A stretch of 24,000 nucleotides of DNA from [Ruminococcus] faecis JCM 15917 (GCA_001312505.1 BBDW01000008.1:18173-42172), one strand, 5' to 3'; counted from the first letter of the stretch, positions 1 through 9,401 are shown. Translations and numbers: made by a program. Notes: generated by a model not told the origin, from the sequence alone.

Positions 1-80
1 TATTATACATAAAAAATCAAGGAAAAACAGTATTTTAGTAATAAAAAGCAAAAAACATAACAAACCGAGCAACAAAGAAA

Positions 81-109
81 TTGATAGCGTTTGTCGAAAT
101 TGTTATACT
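81..109 (+). promoter_or_regulatory. Sigma-A type promoter candidate for the GH112 locus
   Basis: TTGATA (81-86), a 17-nt spacer, then TATACT (104-109), with TG at 101-102 giving an extended -10. It lies in an AT-rich region about 55 nt upstream of ATG 163. Confidence 0.45.
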
Positions 110-162
110 TTAGCCATCAAATAGAAGACAATATAAAAGTTATTTGGGGGGGAATCATATTG

Positions 163-2320
163 ATGACAGGAAGATTGACGCTGCCGACAGATGCAGATGT
201 TATTGACGAGACATTACGATTAAAGAATCTCTTGGGAGCAGATGCGTTGAGAGATTGTGACGGAACAGAGATGCCAAAAGAACTTCTGTCAGAGCCGGTT
301 AAGAAATATGCAACTTATTATACAACAAGAAAAGATAATGAGTGGGCGAGCGCGAATCCGGAAGAGATCCAGCAGGAATATTTGATCAGTAACCGTGTGA
401 CAGCAAGAGGCGAAACACTTCGTATTCGCTTAATGGAAGGATTTCACACAGAGCAGCTGAAAGTAAATACGTTAGATGATCCAAAACGTTGGTGGGAAGT
501 GATCGACCGTACAACAGGAGAGATTGTTCCTACAGATAAATGGGAGTTTGATGAAGCTTCAGGAGAGGTTGAGATTCAGACAAAACCGTATCATGAGTAT
601 ACAGTAAGTTTCCTGGCATTCCTTATCTGGGATCCGGTACATATGTATAATTTCATTACAAATGATTGGCAGGATACACCACATCAGTTGACATATGATG
701 TAAGACAGCCGAAGACACAGAAGTATGTAAAGGAAAAGCTGAAAAGATGGTGTGAAGAGAATCCGAATATAGATGTTGTTCGATTTACAACATTTTTCCA
801 TCAGTTTACATTAACTTTTGATGATCAGAAGAGAGAGAAGTACGTTGAGTGGTTCGGATACAGTGCAAGTGTAAGCCCATATATTTTAGAGAAGTTTGAG
901 AAATGGGCAGGATATAAATTCCGTCCGGAATTTATCGTAGATCAGGATATCACAACAGTATGTTCCGCGTACCGAGCAAAGAGTTCCGTGATTTTATTGA
1001 ATTCCAGCAGATTGAAGTTTGTGCACTTGCGAAAGAGCTGGTTGATATTGTTCATTCTTATGGAAAAGAAGCTATGATGTTCCTTGGAGATCACTGGATC
1101 GGAACAGAGCCTTATGGTAAATACTTTGCAAGCATCGGGTTGGATGCAGTTGTAGGTTCTGTCGGAAGTGGTGTGACACTTCGTATGATTTCTGATATCA
1201 AGGGCGTTGATTATACAGAGGGCCGTCTCTTACCATACTTCTTCCCGGATGTATTCTGCGAAGGCGGAGATCCGATCGGGGGGGAAGCGAGAGACAATTG
1301 GAGAAAGGCAAGACGTGCACTTCTTCGTTCACCATTAGACAGAATTGGATACGGCGGATACTTAAAACTCGCGAGCAACTGGCCGGGATTCATTGATGAG
1401 ATCCAGAATGTTGTTACAGAGTTCCGTCAGATTCATGAGAATATGCAGGGAACGCCTTCCTATGTAGCACCATTTAAGGTTGCGATCCTCAACTGTTGGG
1501 GGGGAGGACTGAGAAAGTGGATGTCCAATCAGGTACATCACGCAATTTGGCACAGAGAGACTTATTCAGCAGAGGGTGTGCTTGAGTGCTTAAGTGGTAT
1601 GCCATTCGAAGTTGAATTTATTTCCTTTGATGACGTGAAGAAAGGTATTCCGGAAGACATTGGAGTAATCATCAATGTAGGTGATGCATATACAGCATTT
1701 AGTGGAGCTGAAAACTGGATCGATGAAGAAGTTGTAACAAATATTCGTCGCTTTGTTGACGAGGGAGGCGGATTCATCGGAGTTGGTGAACCGACAGCAT
1801 ACCAGCATCAGGAAGATTCTTCCAGCTATCAGATGTACTTGGCGTAGATCGTGAGATGTGCTTCTCACTTAATACAGATAAGTATAATGAATTAGATGCA
1901 AACCACTTTATTTTAGAGGATATTGAAGGAGAAATAGATTTTGGTGAGGGAACAAGCCGTGTCTATGCACAGGGCAAGAATTATCAGATCCTTGCAATGG
2001 ATGGAGAGTACAGCCAGATGGTTGTTAATGAATATGGAAAAGGGCATAGCGTATACTTTGCAGGTCTTCCATATTCTCCACAGAACTGTAGAATTCTTCT
2101 TCGTGCTATTTACTATGCAGCAGGCATGGAAAAAGAGATGAAGCATTACTATGTAACAAATGTTGATACAGAAGTAACTGTATTCCCGAAGAGTAAGAAG
2201 ATCGCAGTTATTAATAACTCATCAGAAGCGCGACACACAGATGTATATATCAATGGCAACTGTGTATATGAACTGGATTTAGAGCCAGGCGAGATGCGTT
2301 GGGTAGATGATGTTGAATAA
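163..2320 (+). pseudogene. gnpA: GH112 1,3-beta-galactosyl-N-acetylhexosamine (lacto-N-biose/galacto-N-biose) phosphorylase, split by two -1 frameshifts (possibly assembly errors)
   Basis: ORF-track pieces 91..1077, 960..1847 and 1856..2320 join into one 719-aa protein if one base is restored at two sites. At ~944-946 the junction is FIVDQ|GYHNSMFRVPSKEF (CAGGAT seen, CAGGGAT needed). At ~1810-1812 it is AYQHQ|GRFFQLSDVLGVDRE (CAGGAA seen, CAGGGAA needed). Length and sequence fit my recollection of GH112 phosphorylases. The real start is ATG 163 (MTGRLTLP); the 91-162 extension is upstream read-through. Confidence 0.9.
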
Positions 2321-2399
2321 AGATAACTTATGAAACGCAAGGAATGCATTTCATATTTTATAAAGCAGTACTTTTAAATGTATAAGGAGGACAAAAACT

Positions 2400-3707
2400 A
2401 TGAAAAAGAAAGTATTGAGCGCACTTTTAGTAGCAGCAATGTCAGTATCTGTACTTGCAGGATGCGGAAGCAAATCTGACAACAACACTGATGCAAAGAA
2501 TGATGCATCACAGGAAAACACACTGAGCGTATGGTGCTGGGATCCTAACTTCAACGTTTATGCAATGAAACAGGCAGAGGCAATCTACCAGAAAGATCAC
2601 CCGGATTTCAAACTGGATATTCAGGAAAAAGTATATTCAGATATTGAGACAGCTCTGATCACAGCAGCTGAAGCTGATGATTACAGCACATTACCGGACA
2701 TCTTCCTGATGCAGGATTATTCCTTCCATAAGAACGTAGCAAACTATCCTGGAATCTTTACAGAACTTACAGATTCAGGAATCACTTTCTCAGATTTCTC
2801 TGCAGGAAAGTTAGCTGACTCTACAGTAGACGGAAAGAACTATGGCGTTCCATTTGATAACGGTGCTACAATCATGGCAATCCGTAAAGACATGGTTGAG
2901 GCAGCCGGACTTACAGTAGATGATTTCAAAGACACAACATGGTCAGATTTCATGGAAAAAGCTAAAAAAGTAGTTGAGACAAACAACGTTCCAATGCTTA
3001 CAAGCTCAGGCGGATCTGAGATTATCATTGAGATGCTTCAGTCAGCAGGTGCTTCTCCGATGGTAGACGGAAAAGTTGACTTAGTTAATAACAAAGCTCT
3101 CAAGAAAGCAATCGAGACATACAAACAGCTCATTGATGAAGGAATCATGGTTGATTATACTGACTGGGATCAGTACATTGCTTCTATGAACAAGGGAACA
3201 GCAGCTGGTGTTATCCAGGGATGCTGGATCATGTCTTCTATCCAGGCAGCTGATGATCAGGCTGGAAACTGGTCTATCGTAAACATGCCTAAACTTGATG
3301 ATGTTGATGGTGCTACAAACTACGCAAACTGTGGTGGAGCAAGCTGGGCAGTATCTTCTAACTGCAAGAACACAGACCTTGCATATGACTTCCTTAAGAC
3401 AACATTCGGCGGAAGCGTAGAGTTATATGATGACCTTCTTCCAAACGCTGGAGCAATCGCAAGTTACTTACCGGCGGCTGAGTCAGATGTTTACAATGAG
3501 ACATCTGATTTCTACGCTGGACAGGCTGTATACAAAGACATCGTAGACTTCGCTGGAAAGGTTCCTGGAATCGATTATGGCGCATACTACTCAGATGTCA
3601 GAAGTGCATTAACAGATGCAATCACTAATGTTGTTCAGAATGGCGCTGATATTGACAGCGAGATCAAGAAAGCTCAGGATACAGTAGAATTTAATATTGG
3701 TGAGTAA
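2400..3707 (+). CDS. Sugar ABC transporter substrate-binding lipoprotein (family 1 extracellular solute-binding protein)
   Basis: The 435-aa protein has RBS AAGGAGG just upstream. Its signal peptide carries the lipobox VLAGC (MKKKVLSALLVAAMSVSVLAGCGSK). It is followed by two MalF/MalG-type permease genes. Confidence 0.9.
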   Translation: MKKKVLSALLVAAMSVSVLAGCGSKSDNNTDAKNDASQENTLSVWCWDPNFNVYAMKQAEAIYQKDHPDFKLDIQEKVYSDIETALITAAEADDYSTLPDIFLMQDYSFHKNVANYPGIFTELTDSGITFSDFSAGKLADSTVDGKNYGVPFDNGATIMAIRKDMVEAAGLTVDDFKDTTWSDFMEKAKKVVETNNVPMLTSSGGSEIIIEMLQSAGASPMVDGKVDLVNNKALKKAIETYKQLIDEGIMVDYTDWDQYIASMNKGTAAGVIQGCWIMSSIQAADDQAGNWSIVNMPKLDDVDGATNYANCGGASWAVSSNCKNTDLAYDFLKTTFGGSVELYDDLLPNAGAIASYLPAAESDVYNETSDFYAGQAVYKDIVDFAGKVPGIDYGAYYSDVRSALTDAITNVVQNGADIDSEIKKAQDTVEFNIGE

Positions 3708-3720
3708 TCATCAAAGATTA

Positions 3721-3768
3721 AAAACAGGACGTACCGGGAGTGCAGTATTGCGTTCCCGGTTCTGTTTT
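3721..3768 (+). terminator. Intercistronic stem-loop / partial terminator between the binding-protein and permease genes
   Basis: The inner stem pairs ACCGGGA (3733-3739) with TCCCGGT (3754-3760). The outer stem pairs AAAACAG (3721-3727) with CTGTTTT (3762-3768) and ends in a U-rich tail. Confidence 0.45.
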
Positions 3769-3779
3769 AGGAGAATAAT

Positions 3780-4660
3780 ATGGAAAAAAGAAAACAAAAT
3801 TAACTTTAGAGAAAAAGCATAATCTTACCGGATGGGTTTTTCTTCTTCCGGCAGCGATTTTAATATTCGTATTTTGTTTTTATCCAATGGCACAGGCACT
3901 TCTGTTGTCTTTTAGAAAGACAGGAGGAACATTTACCGGTTTATCAAATTATGCCAGAGTTTTCCAGGATAAAACATTTCAGCAATGCTTATTTAATACG
4001 TTCTTTTACTTTTTGATCCAGGTTCCGATCATGCTTGTTTTAGCACTAATCCTGGCACAGCTTTTGAATAGCCCAAAGATCAGAGGTAAAGGTATTTTTC
4101 GTACTTTGATTTTCCTTCCGTGTGCAACATCTCTTGTATCTTATTCTATGATATTTAAATCCTTGTTTGCTCCGGACGGAGTTGTGAACAGAGTACTTAC
4201 AGGAATTGGTTTATCTTCTGTTGACTGGTTTCAGAGTACATGGCCGGCACGCTGGGTAATCGTTATCGCCCTGATCTGGAGATGGACAGGATACAATATG
4301 GTATTCTATCTTGCAGGATTACAGAATATTGATTATTCCGTATATGAGGCAAGTTATATCGACGGGGGGGCAACACCATTTAAACAGTTTACAAAAATTA
4401 CGATTCCGCTTCTAAAGCCGACGATCCTTATGACAGCGATTATGTCAACTTCAGGAACACTGCAGTTGTTTGATGAGTCTATGAACCTGACTGCCGGAGG
4501 ACCTGGTAAGTCAACAATGACATTGGCACATTACATTTACAATATCTCCTTTGTGGAGACACCGAAATTTAATTATGCAGCAGCATTGTCTGTATGTATT
4601 CTTGTAATGGTAGCAATTCTGTCTGCAATTCAGATGAAAGTAGGTGACAAACGTGACTAA
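3780..4660 (+). pseudogene. Sugar ABC transporter permease (MalF/UgpA-type), with the start separated from the body by a -1 frameshift
   Basis: ATG 3780 follows RBS AGGAGA (3769-3774) but stops after 7 codons. The frame of ORF 3887..4660 is open from 3779 and already encodes the expected N-terminal TM segment (KLTLEKKHNLTGWVFLLPAAILIFVF) without any start codon. One missing base in 3782-3800 (the GG or an A run) rejoins them, giving 293 aa. The EAA loop reads YEASYIDGGATPFKQFTKITIP. Confidence 0.85.
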
Positions 4661-5459
4661 AATGAAATCAATAGTTTCCTATGCAGTTTTAATTATTGCA
4701 AGTTTTCTCTCTGCATTCCCACTGTACTACATGCTTTGTGGAGCAACAAATACAAGTATTGATGTTGTAAGGGGAAGACTGTATCCGGGTACTTATCTGG
4801 CAGAGAACTTTAAGACGCTGGTAGGCATGCAGAATCTTGGACTGGCAATGTTCAATTCATTCCGTAATGCAATTATTATTACATTTGTAGCATTACTCGT
4901 GTGTTCAATCGCCGGATACGGATTCGAGATTTATCACGATAAAGGGAAAGACATTTTAATGAATATTTTGCTTCTTGCATGATGCTTCCTTTTGTAGCGA
5001 TTATGATTCCATTGTTTAAGATGTTTACATCATGGGGGATTGGTTAATACATGGATCGCGCTTGCACTTCCAACTATTTCAACACCATTTATGATCATGC
5101 TGTTCAGACAGGCAGCCCGTTCTTTTCCACATGATATTATTGAAGCGGCAAGACTTGAGGGATTAAGTGAAGTGCAGATTTTCTTTAAGATGTTTATTCC
5201 TGTCATGAAATCTACTTATGGAGCAGCAATGACAGTAACTTTTATGAATGCATGGAACAATTACTTATGGCCAACGATCATTTTACAGGACAGCAAAGCA
5301 ATCACTATGCCGATGCTTGTAGCGAACCTGAAGAGTGGTTATAGTGTTGACTATGGTATGCTGATGCTTGGTGTATTGATTTGTACACTTCCGACTGCAA
5401 TCATCTTCCTGTGCTTACAGAAGAGCTTTGCAAACGGAATTACAGGAGCGGTAAAATAA
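4644..5459 (+). pseudogene. Sugar ABC transporter permease (MalG-type), with two compensating frameshifts about 57 nt apart
   Basis: ORFs 4644..4982 and 5040..5459 are in the same frame. The segment between them reads correctly only in another frame (MMLPFVAIMIPLFKMFTSWG). One base is missing near 4975-4979 and the G5 run at 5034-5038 has the wrong length. The EAA loop IIEAARLEGLSEVQIFFKMFIPV has canonical spacing. The likely true start is ATG 4662 (MKSIVSY) or GTG 4653. Confidence 0.85.
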
Positions 5460-5920
5460 TGCAGCAAAAGTATTGTATAAAACAGGAATGTTTAAGGAAG
5501 GCGCAAGGTGCCTTCCTTTTAGCACATAAAATGGGATTGCTTGAGGATCCTTCTATGGAGGGACTTGAAGCAAGAAGACAGAATCATAATGAAAAGCTGA
5601 AGATGATGGAGCAGGAGGAGAAGCTGTTCTATGGACCACGTTATTTTTCAGCACCAGCGTATTTGCAGTATGAGCTGACAAGACTGAAACTGGATTTTGT
5701 CCAGCCAAGTGAGGCGGTTCGAAGCACAGGTCTGTGTCCGGATGTCACAGAGCAGGAGAAGAAAGAATTTTACGAAAAAAATATGGATTTATTCGGTCGA
5801 TATTTCGGAGATCTCTTTACTTATGAAGAGGTAGAACAGATTATTGAAAAAAGATTACGGGAGGATGCATATGACAAGCTTATCGAAGACGTATTACGTG
5901 AGTTCGAAGACAGGAAATGA
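5459..5920 (+). CDS. Hypothetical 153-aa Glu/Lys/Leu-rich (probably helical) cytoplasmic protein
   Basis: Its ATG 5459 overlaps the permease stop (TAATG at 5457-5461). I recognise no family. Its last 50 nt overlap the next gene. I take the 5381-5458 part of the track ORF to be read-through inside the permease gene. Confidence 0.5.
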   Translation: MQQKYCIKQECLRKAQGAFLLAHKMGLLEDPSMEGLEARRQNHNEKLKMMEQEEKLFYGPRYFSAPAYLQYELTRLKLDFVQPSEAVRSTGLCPDVTEQEKKEFYEKNMDLFGRYFGDLFTYEEVEQIIEKRLREDAYDKLIEDVLREFEDRK

Positions 5921-7160
5921 TTCGAACGATGGACTGACAAGCGAAAGTGCATTCGCAAGTCTTTTTGCAATCAATCAGAGAAGTCTGCAGCCGGGAGATC
6001 ATGTATTACTTGAGCGTGGGAGCGTCTTTTGCGGACAGTATCTTCAGGTAACAGATAGCGGAAGAGAAGATGCACCGATCGTGATCGGTGCTTACGGAGA
6101 AGGCGATGCGCCGCGTATTGAGGCTTGTGGGCAGGGAATCTGGTATCAGAATTATGGAGCCCCCCCATTAGATTCACCAACTCATGTATATCGCGGGTAT
6201 GTATCTTCCGCAGTTCTACTGTATGATGCAGAATATATCATCGTAGAAGATCTGGAGATCACAAACGAAGCAGACAAAATTATCGGCGAGTACTATTCCC
6301 TTGGAGATAAGATGAATCGCACAGGTGTTGCTGTTGTAGCAAAAGACAAAGGTGTACGACACGGTATCACACTGCGTAATCTGCTGATCCATGATGTGAA
6401 TGGTAATGTGTACGATAAGCATATGAATAACGGTGGTATCTATATGACAGCACTTCAGCCGGAAGATGAAGAGATTACAGGAGTTGCCCATTATAAAGAT
6501 GTCACGGTTGAAGGATGCTTTGTGTATCAGGTGAGCCGTTGGGGAATTGCTGTCGGTTACACTTATGCACATGAGAAGTTCCAGGGAGCAGAACTGGACG
6601 AGGAGATCTTCTTGAAGTACGGACATGAGAAGATACGAATCTGCGATAATTATGTAAAGGCAGCAGGTGGTGACGGTATTACAGCCATGTATGCACTTCG
6701 TCCACTGGTGGAACATAATATGACAGATTCGATTGCCTGTGAGATAAATGATCGTATTTACTGTGAGCCGGGTAATCGATTGGGTAAGGTGGCAGCGGCT
6801 ATCTGGCCTTGGAAGTGTAAGGATGCACTGTTCCGGTATAATGAGAGTGTTGACACAAGACTAAATCAGGACGGTATGGCATATGATGCAGATTCCGGTG
6901 ATGGAACCGTTTATGAATATAATTACAGCAGACAGAATGAAGGTGGATGCGTGATGTTCTGCCTGCAGGAAGCAATTCATAATACGTTCCGCAATAATGT
7001 GAGTTTTGATGACCTTGGGGGAACGATCAGCCCGGCAGAGAACCCGGATGCACTGATCAAAGATAATACTTTCTATGTAAGAAAAGGCGTTCCGTTCGTT
7101 CGTAAAAATATGGACGGCGGTAATTACACGCTGGTGGACAATCAGGTTTTTGAATTATAG
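5871..7160 (+). CDS. Right-handed parallel beta-helix repeat protein, cytoplasmic, putative glycosidase (GH136-like candidate)
   Basis: RBS GGGAGGA (5859-5865) lies 5 nt before ATG 5871. There is no signal peptide. The N-terminus (YYVSSKTGNDSNDGLTSESAFASL..PGDHVLLERGSVF) is typical of beta-helix/pectate-lyase-fold proteins, with repetitive hydrophobic-Asn/Gly turns further on. It contains the C7 run at 6160-6166. Confidence 0.6.
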   Translation: MTSLSKTYYVSSKTGNDSNDGLTSESAFASLFAINQRSLQPGDHVLLERGSVFCGQYLQVTDSGREDAPIVIGAYGEGDAPRIEACGQGIWYQNYGAPPLDSPTHVYRGYVSSAVLLYDAEYIIVEDLEITNEADKIIGEYYSLGDKMNRTGVAVVAKDKGVRHGITLRNLLIHDVNGNVYDKHMNNGGIYMTALQPEDEEITGVAHYKDVTVEGCFVYQVSRWGIAVGYTYAHEKFQGAELDEEIFLKYGHEKIRICDNYVKAAGGDGITAMYALRPLVEHNMTDSIACEINDRIYCEPGNRLGKVAAAIWPWKCKDALFRYNESVDTRLNQDGMAYDADSGDGTVYEYNYSRQNEGGCVMFCLQEAIHNTFRNNVSFDDLGGTISPAENPDALIKDNTFYVRKGVPFVRKNMDGGNYTLVDNQVFEL

Positions 7161-7278
7161 AGGACTTTCAATGGACGTGATGTTTACAAACAGTTAAGTC
7201 AAACAAAAGATATCTCGGAAAATAAAAGCTTTACATTATAAAAAGTGTTATGATAAACTGAATATCAAATTGAAAATT

Positions 7279-7318
7279 TGCGGTGTAGGAGATTCCTTAC
7301 ACCGCATCTGTGTTTTAG
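7279..7318 (+). terminator. Stem-loop with a U-rich tail: either the terminator of the upstream operon or a leader attenuator of the DUF554 gene
   Basis: TGCGGTGTA (7279-7287) pairs with TACACCGCA (7298-7306) and is followed by TCTGTGTTTT. A weak promoter-like TTTACA (7230-7235) / TAAACT (7254-7259) lies just upstream, so the assignment is ambiguous. Confidence 0.35.
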
Positions 7319-7335
7319 AAAGTAGAGGAATGAAT

Positions 7336-8067
7336 ATGCCAATAGGAGTTATTATCAATGCCCTGTCGGTTGCAGCCGGCGGTGTGATCGGGGGGGCATT
7401 ATTTGGGCACAAGCTGCCTGCAAAAATTAATTCGGAACTTACCAAGATATTTGGTGTCTGCTCAATGGGAATGGGAGTTAGTTCCATTGGACTTATGAAA
7501 AATATGCCTGCTGTTATTTTTGCAGTGATAATTGGAACTGCCTTTGGTCTGGCAGTCAATCTGGGCGGAATTATTAATGGCGGAGCGACCTGCATGGAGA
7601 AACCGGTGGGAAAACTCTTCCCAAATAAGAACAAATCCATGTCCAGAGAAGAGTATATGTCAATGCTTGTGACGATCATCGTATTGTTTTGTGCCAGTGG
7701 GACAGGGATTTATGGTTCACTGGATTCCGGAATGAGCGGTGATCATACAATTTTGATTTCGAAGTCGATTCTGGATTTCTTTACTGCGATGATTTTTGGA
7801 GGAACATTAGGTATGGTGGTTGCTGCAGTTGCAATTCCGCAGTGTGTGATCTTCCTTATTATATTCGCAGCAGCAAAATTTATCTTCCCACTGACCACGC
7901 CGGATATGATTGCCGACTTCAAGGCATGTGGAGGCTTCCTGCTTCTTGCAACTGGTTTCCGGATCGCAAAGATTCACGATTTTCCAGTCGCAGACATGAT
8001 CCCAGCCATGGTGCTTGTGATGCCGGTGAGCTGGTTCTGGGTAAATATGATCGTACCGATGCTATAA
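7336..8067 (+). CDS. DUF554 family (YqgA-like) membrane protein
   Basis: The 243-aa polytopic protein starts MPIGVIINALSVAAGG. The central IIVLFCASGTGIYGSLDSGMSGDHTILISKSILDFFTAMIF and C-terminal GGFLLLATGFRI motifs match my recollection of YqgA/DUF554. RBS AGAGGA (7324-7329) favours ATG 7336 over 7330 or TTG 7270. Confidence 0.8.
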   Translation: MPIGVIINALSVAAGGVIGGALFGHKLPAKINSELTKIFGVCSMGMGVSSIGLMKNMPAVIFAVIIGTAFGLAVNLGGIINGGATCMEKPVGKLFPNKNKSMSREEYMSMLVTIIVLFCASGTGIYGSLDSGMSGDHTILISKSILDFFTAMIFGGTLGMVVAAVAIPQCVIFLIIFAAAKFIFPLTTPDMIADFKACGGFLLLATGFRIAKIHDFPVADMIPAMVLVMPVSWFWVNMIVPML

Positions 8068-8087
8068 AGTAGAAGAAATGTATCATT

Positions 8088-8975
8088 CTATATTTCAGCA
8101 TGTTCCAATATATAATTCTTAAAATTCGTAACAACAGGTGCCTGATAAACATTCTTCAAAGTTGCCATGTAGAAGAGTCTTTCCCAGGACGGAGTTGCAA
8201 TCTCTATGATTGAAACCGGTAAAGAGGAAAGAATCGGCATTCGCGGCACAACTGCGATGCCGAATCCGGCACTGACTAATCCGGCAACACCCTGATCTTC
8301 TTCCATTGAGTAAGCAATCTGAGGGTATCCGCCACATTTTTCAAATAACTTGTCAATTACATGTCTTAAACCGCTTCGCTTAGAGAAAACGATGTGCGGA
8401 TACGTAAGCGCTTCTTTTAGATCAATCGAAGTTTTCCCGTCCAAAGGATGTCCTTCCGGTACGATCAGTACAAGCTCTTGTTTTGCGACCGGAATAAACT
8501 CAACGAGCGGTTCATTGTCCATCTTGGAACAAAATGCGATGTCGTATTTTCGCTCTTTTAATCCCTGGATCATGTCGGATGTGAGTCCGGTTGAACTATG
8601 AAAATAAAAATCGATTTTTGTTAGGCGTGGAATCCAAAAAACCTTTTACAAAGTTCGGAACAACTGCACTGCTGAGCGTACGGAGTTCAACAATATCGAT
8701 GCGGCCTTCCCCCCAAATCCGGTCATCTGCAGTTTATTGATGCTTGAATCCAGCATATCCAAAGCCTGTTCCACATCGACAAGAAAAGCCTGTCCACATT
8801 TTGTGAGGACAACGTTACGTCCATCTTTTTCAAAGAGTTTTACTCCGAGCTCACTTTCCAGAGATGAGATTGCATGACTTAAGCTTGGTTGAGTGATAGA
8901 AAGAATCTCCGCAGCCTTTGTGTAGTGTTCTAGATGAGCGAGAGTAACAAAATATCTAAGATGATAGAGATTCAT
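8088..8975 (-). pseudogene. LysR-family transcriptional regulator, with two compensating frameshifts
   Basis: The N-terminal HTH reads MNLYHLRYFVTLAHLEHYTKAAEILSITQPSLSHAISSLE. ORFs 8646..8975 and 8088..8573 are in the same frame. About 31 codons between the C6 run (8709-8714) and the T5 run (8615-8619) read sensibly only in another frame (EGRIDIVELRTLSSAVVPNFVKGFLDSTPNK). The total of 295 aa is normal for an LTTR. It is divergent from the 9402-14393 operon. Confidence 0.9.
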
Positions 8976-9036
8976 AAAGTCTGGTACCTTCCTTATAAAA
9001 ATTTGTATCTTCCCATTTAATCAGGTTCATTTTATA

Positions 9037-9194
9037 TCTATTTGGTAACTGTTCAGAGCCAAGCAAAATTTCATAAAACAGATGTAAAATGCTTGCATTT
9101 TTAAGACTGTTTTTGAAATTTTATTTGGCGGATACGCCACACCGACGAAATGCGTAGCATTTTGGAGGTTGGCTCTGAACAGTTACTCTATTTG
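9037..9194. mobile_element. MITE-like non-autonomous element: 142 bp, 18-bp perfect terminal inverted repeats, 8-bp target-site duplication
   Basis: GTAACTGTTCAGAGCCAA (9045-9062) is the exact reverse complement of TTGGCTCTGAACAGTTAC (9169-9186). The element is flanked directly by TCTATTTG at 9037-9044 and 9187-9194. It has no ORF. It lies in the lysR/operon intergenic region. Confidence 0.6.
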
Positions 9195-9295
9195 AGAGAT
9201 AAATACGCAATAATGCTTATTGATAATAATATCGTAACACGAAGTGTAAATAAAATCTATAAACAAAATGCATGGATCGTGATAGAATTACCAAT

Positions 9296-9324
9296 TTGTC
9301 ATTTATTTAACAAACAGATATAAT
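9296..9324 (+). promoter_or_regulatory. Sigma-A type promoter candidate for the 9402-14393 operon
   Basis: TTGTCA (9296-9301), a 17-nt spacer, then TATAAT (9319-9324), about 75 nt upstream of ATG 9402. Confidence 0.55.
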
Positions 9325-9401
9325 AAAAATAGAAAAAAACAACAAGATTGAACAGAAAAATCCAATGGATTATATTCAATTTTTACAATGGAGGAAGAAT
9401 T

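Noticed and set aside
82-97. A possible cre / LacI-type operator (TGATAGCGTTTGTCGA) overlapping the -35.
   Set aside because: Only the left half matches the cre consensus TGWNANCGNTNWCA, the right half has three mismatches, and the dyad symmetry is poor.
91-162. An N-terminal extension of the GH112 ORF (TTG 91, MSKLLYFSHQIEDNIKVIWGGIIL).
   Set aside because: It overlaps the predicted promoter (81-109). The family N-terminus begins at MTGRLTLP (ATG 163), with the G-rich RBS-like run 10 nt upstream.
6216-6716. Long antisense ORFs in the six-frame track: 6216..6716 (166 aa), 7248..7679 (143 aa), 14934..15344 (136 aa), 21760..22161 (133 aa), and the many 60-90 aa minus-strand ORFs.
   Set aside because: All lie entirely inside well-supported sense-strand genes. 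They have no RBS, and their low-complexity Ser/Ile/Cys-rich translations are typical of shadow frames.
9222-9233. The palindrome GATAATAATATC as a LysR T-N11-A box.
   Set aside because: It lies about 100 nt upstream of the inferred start site rather than near -65. It is AT-rich and short, so it could easily arise by chance, and it does not have the T-N11-A spacing.
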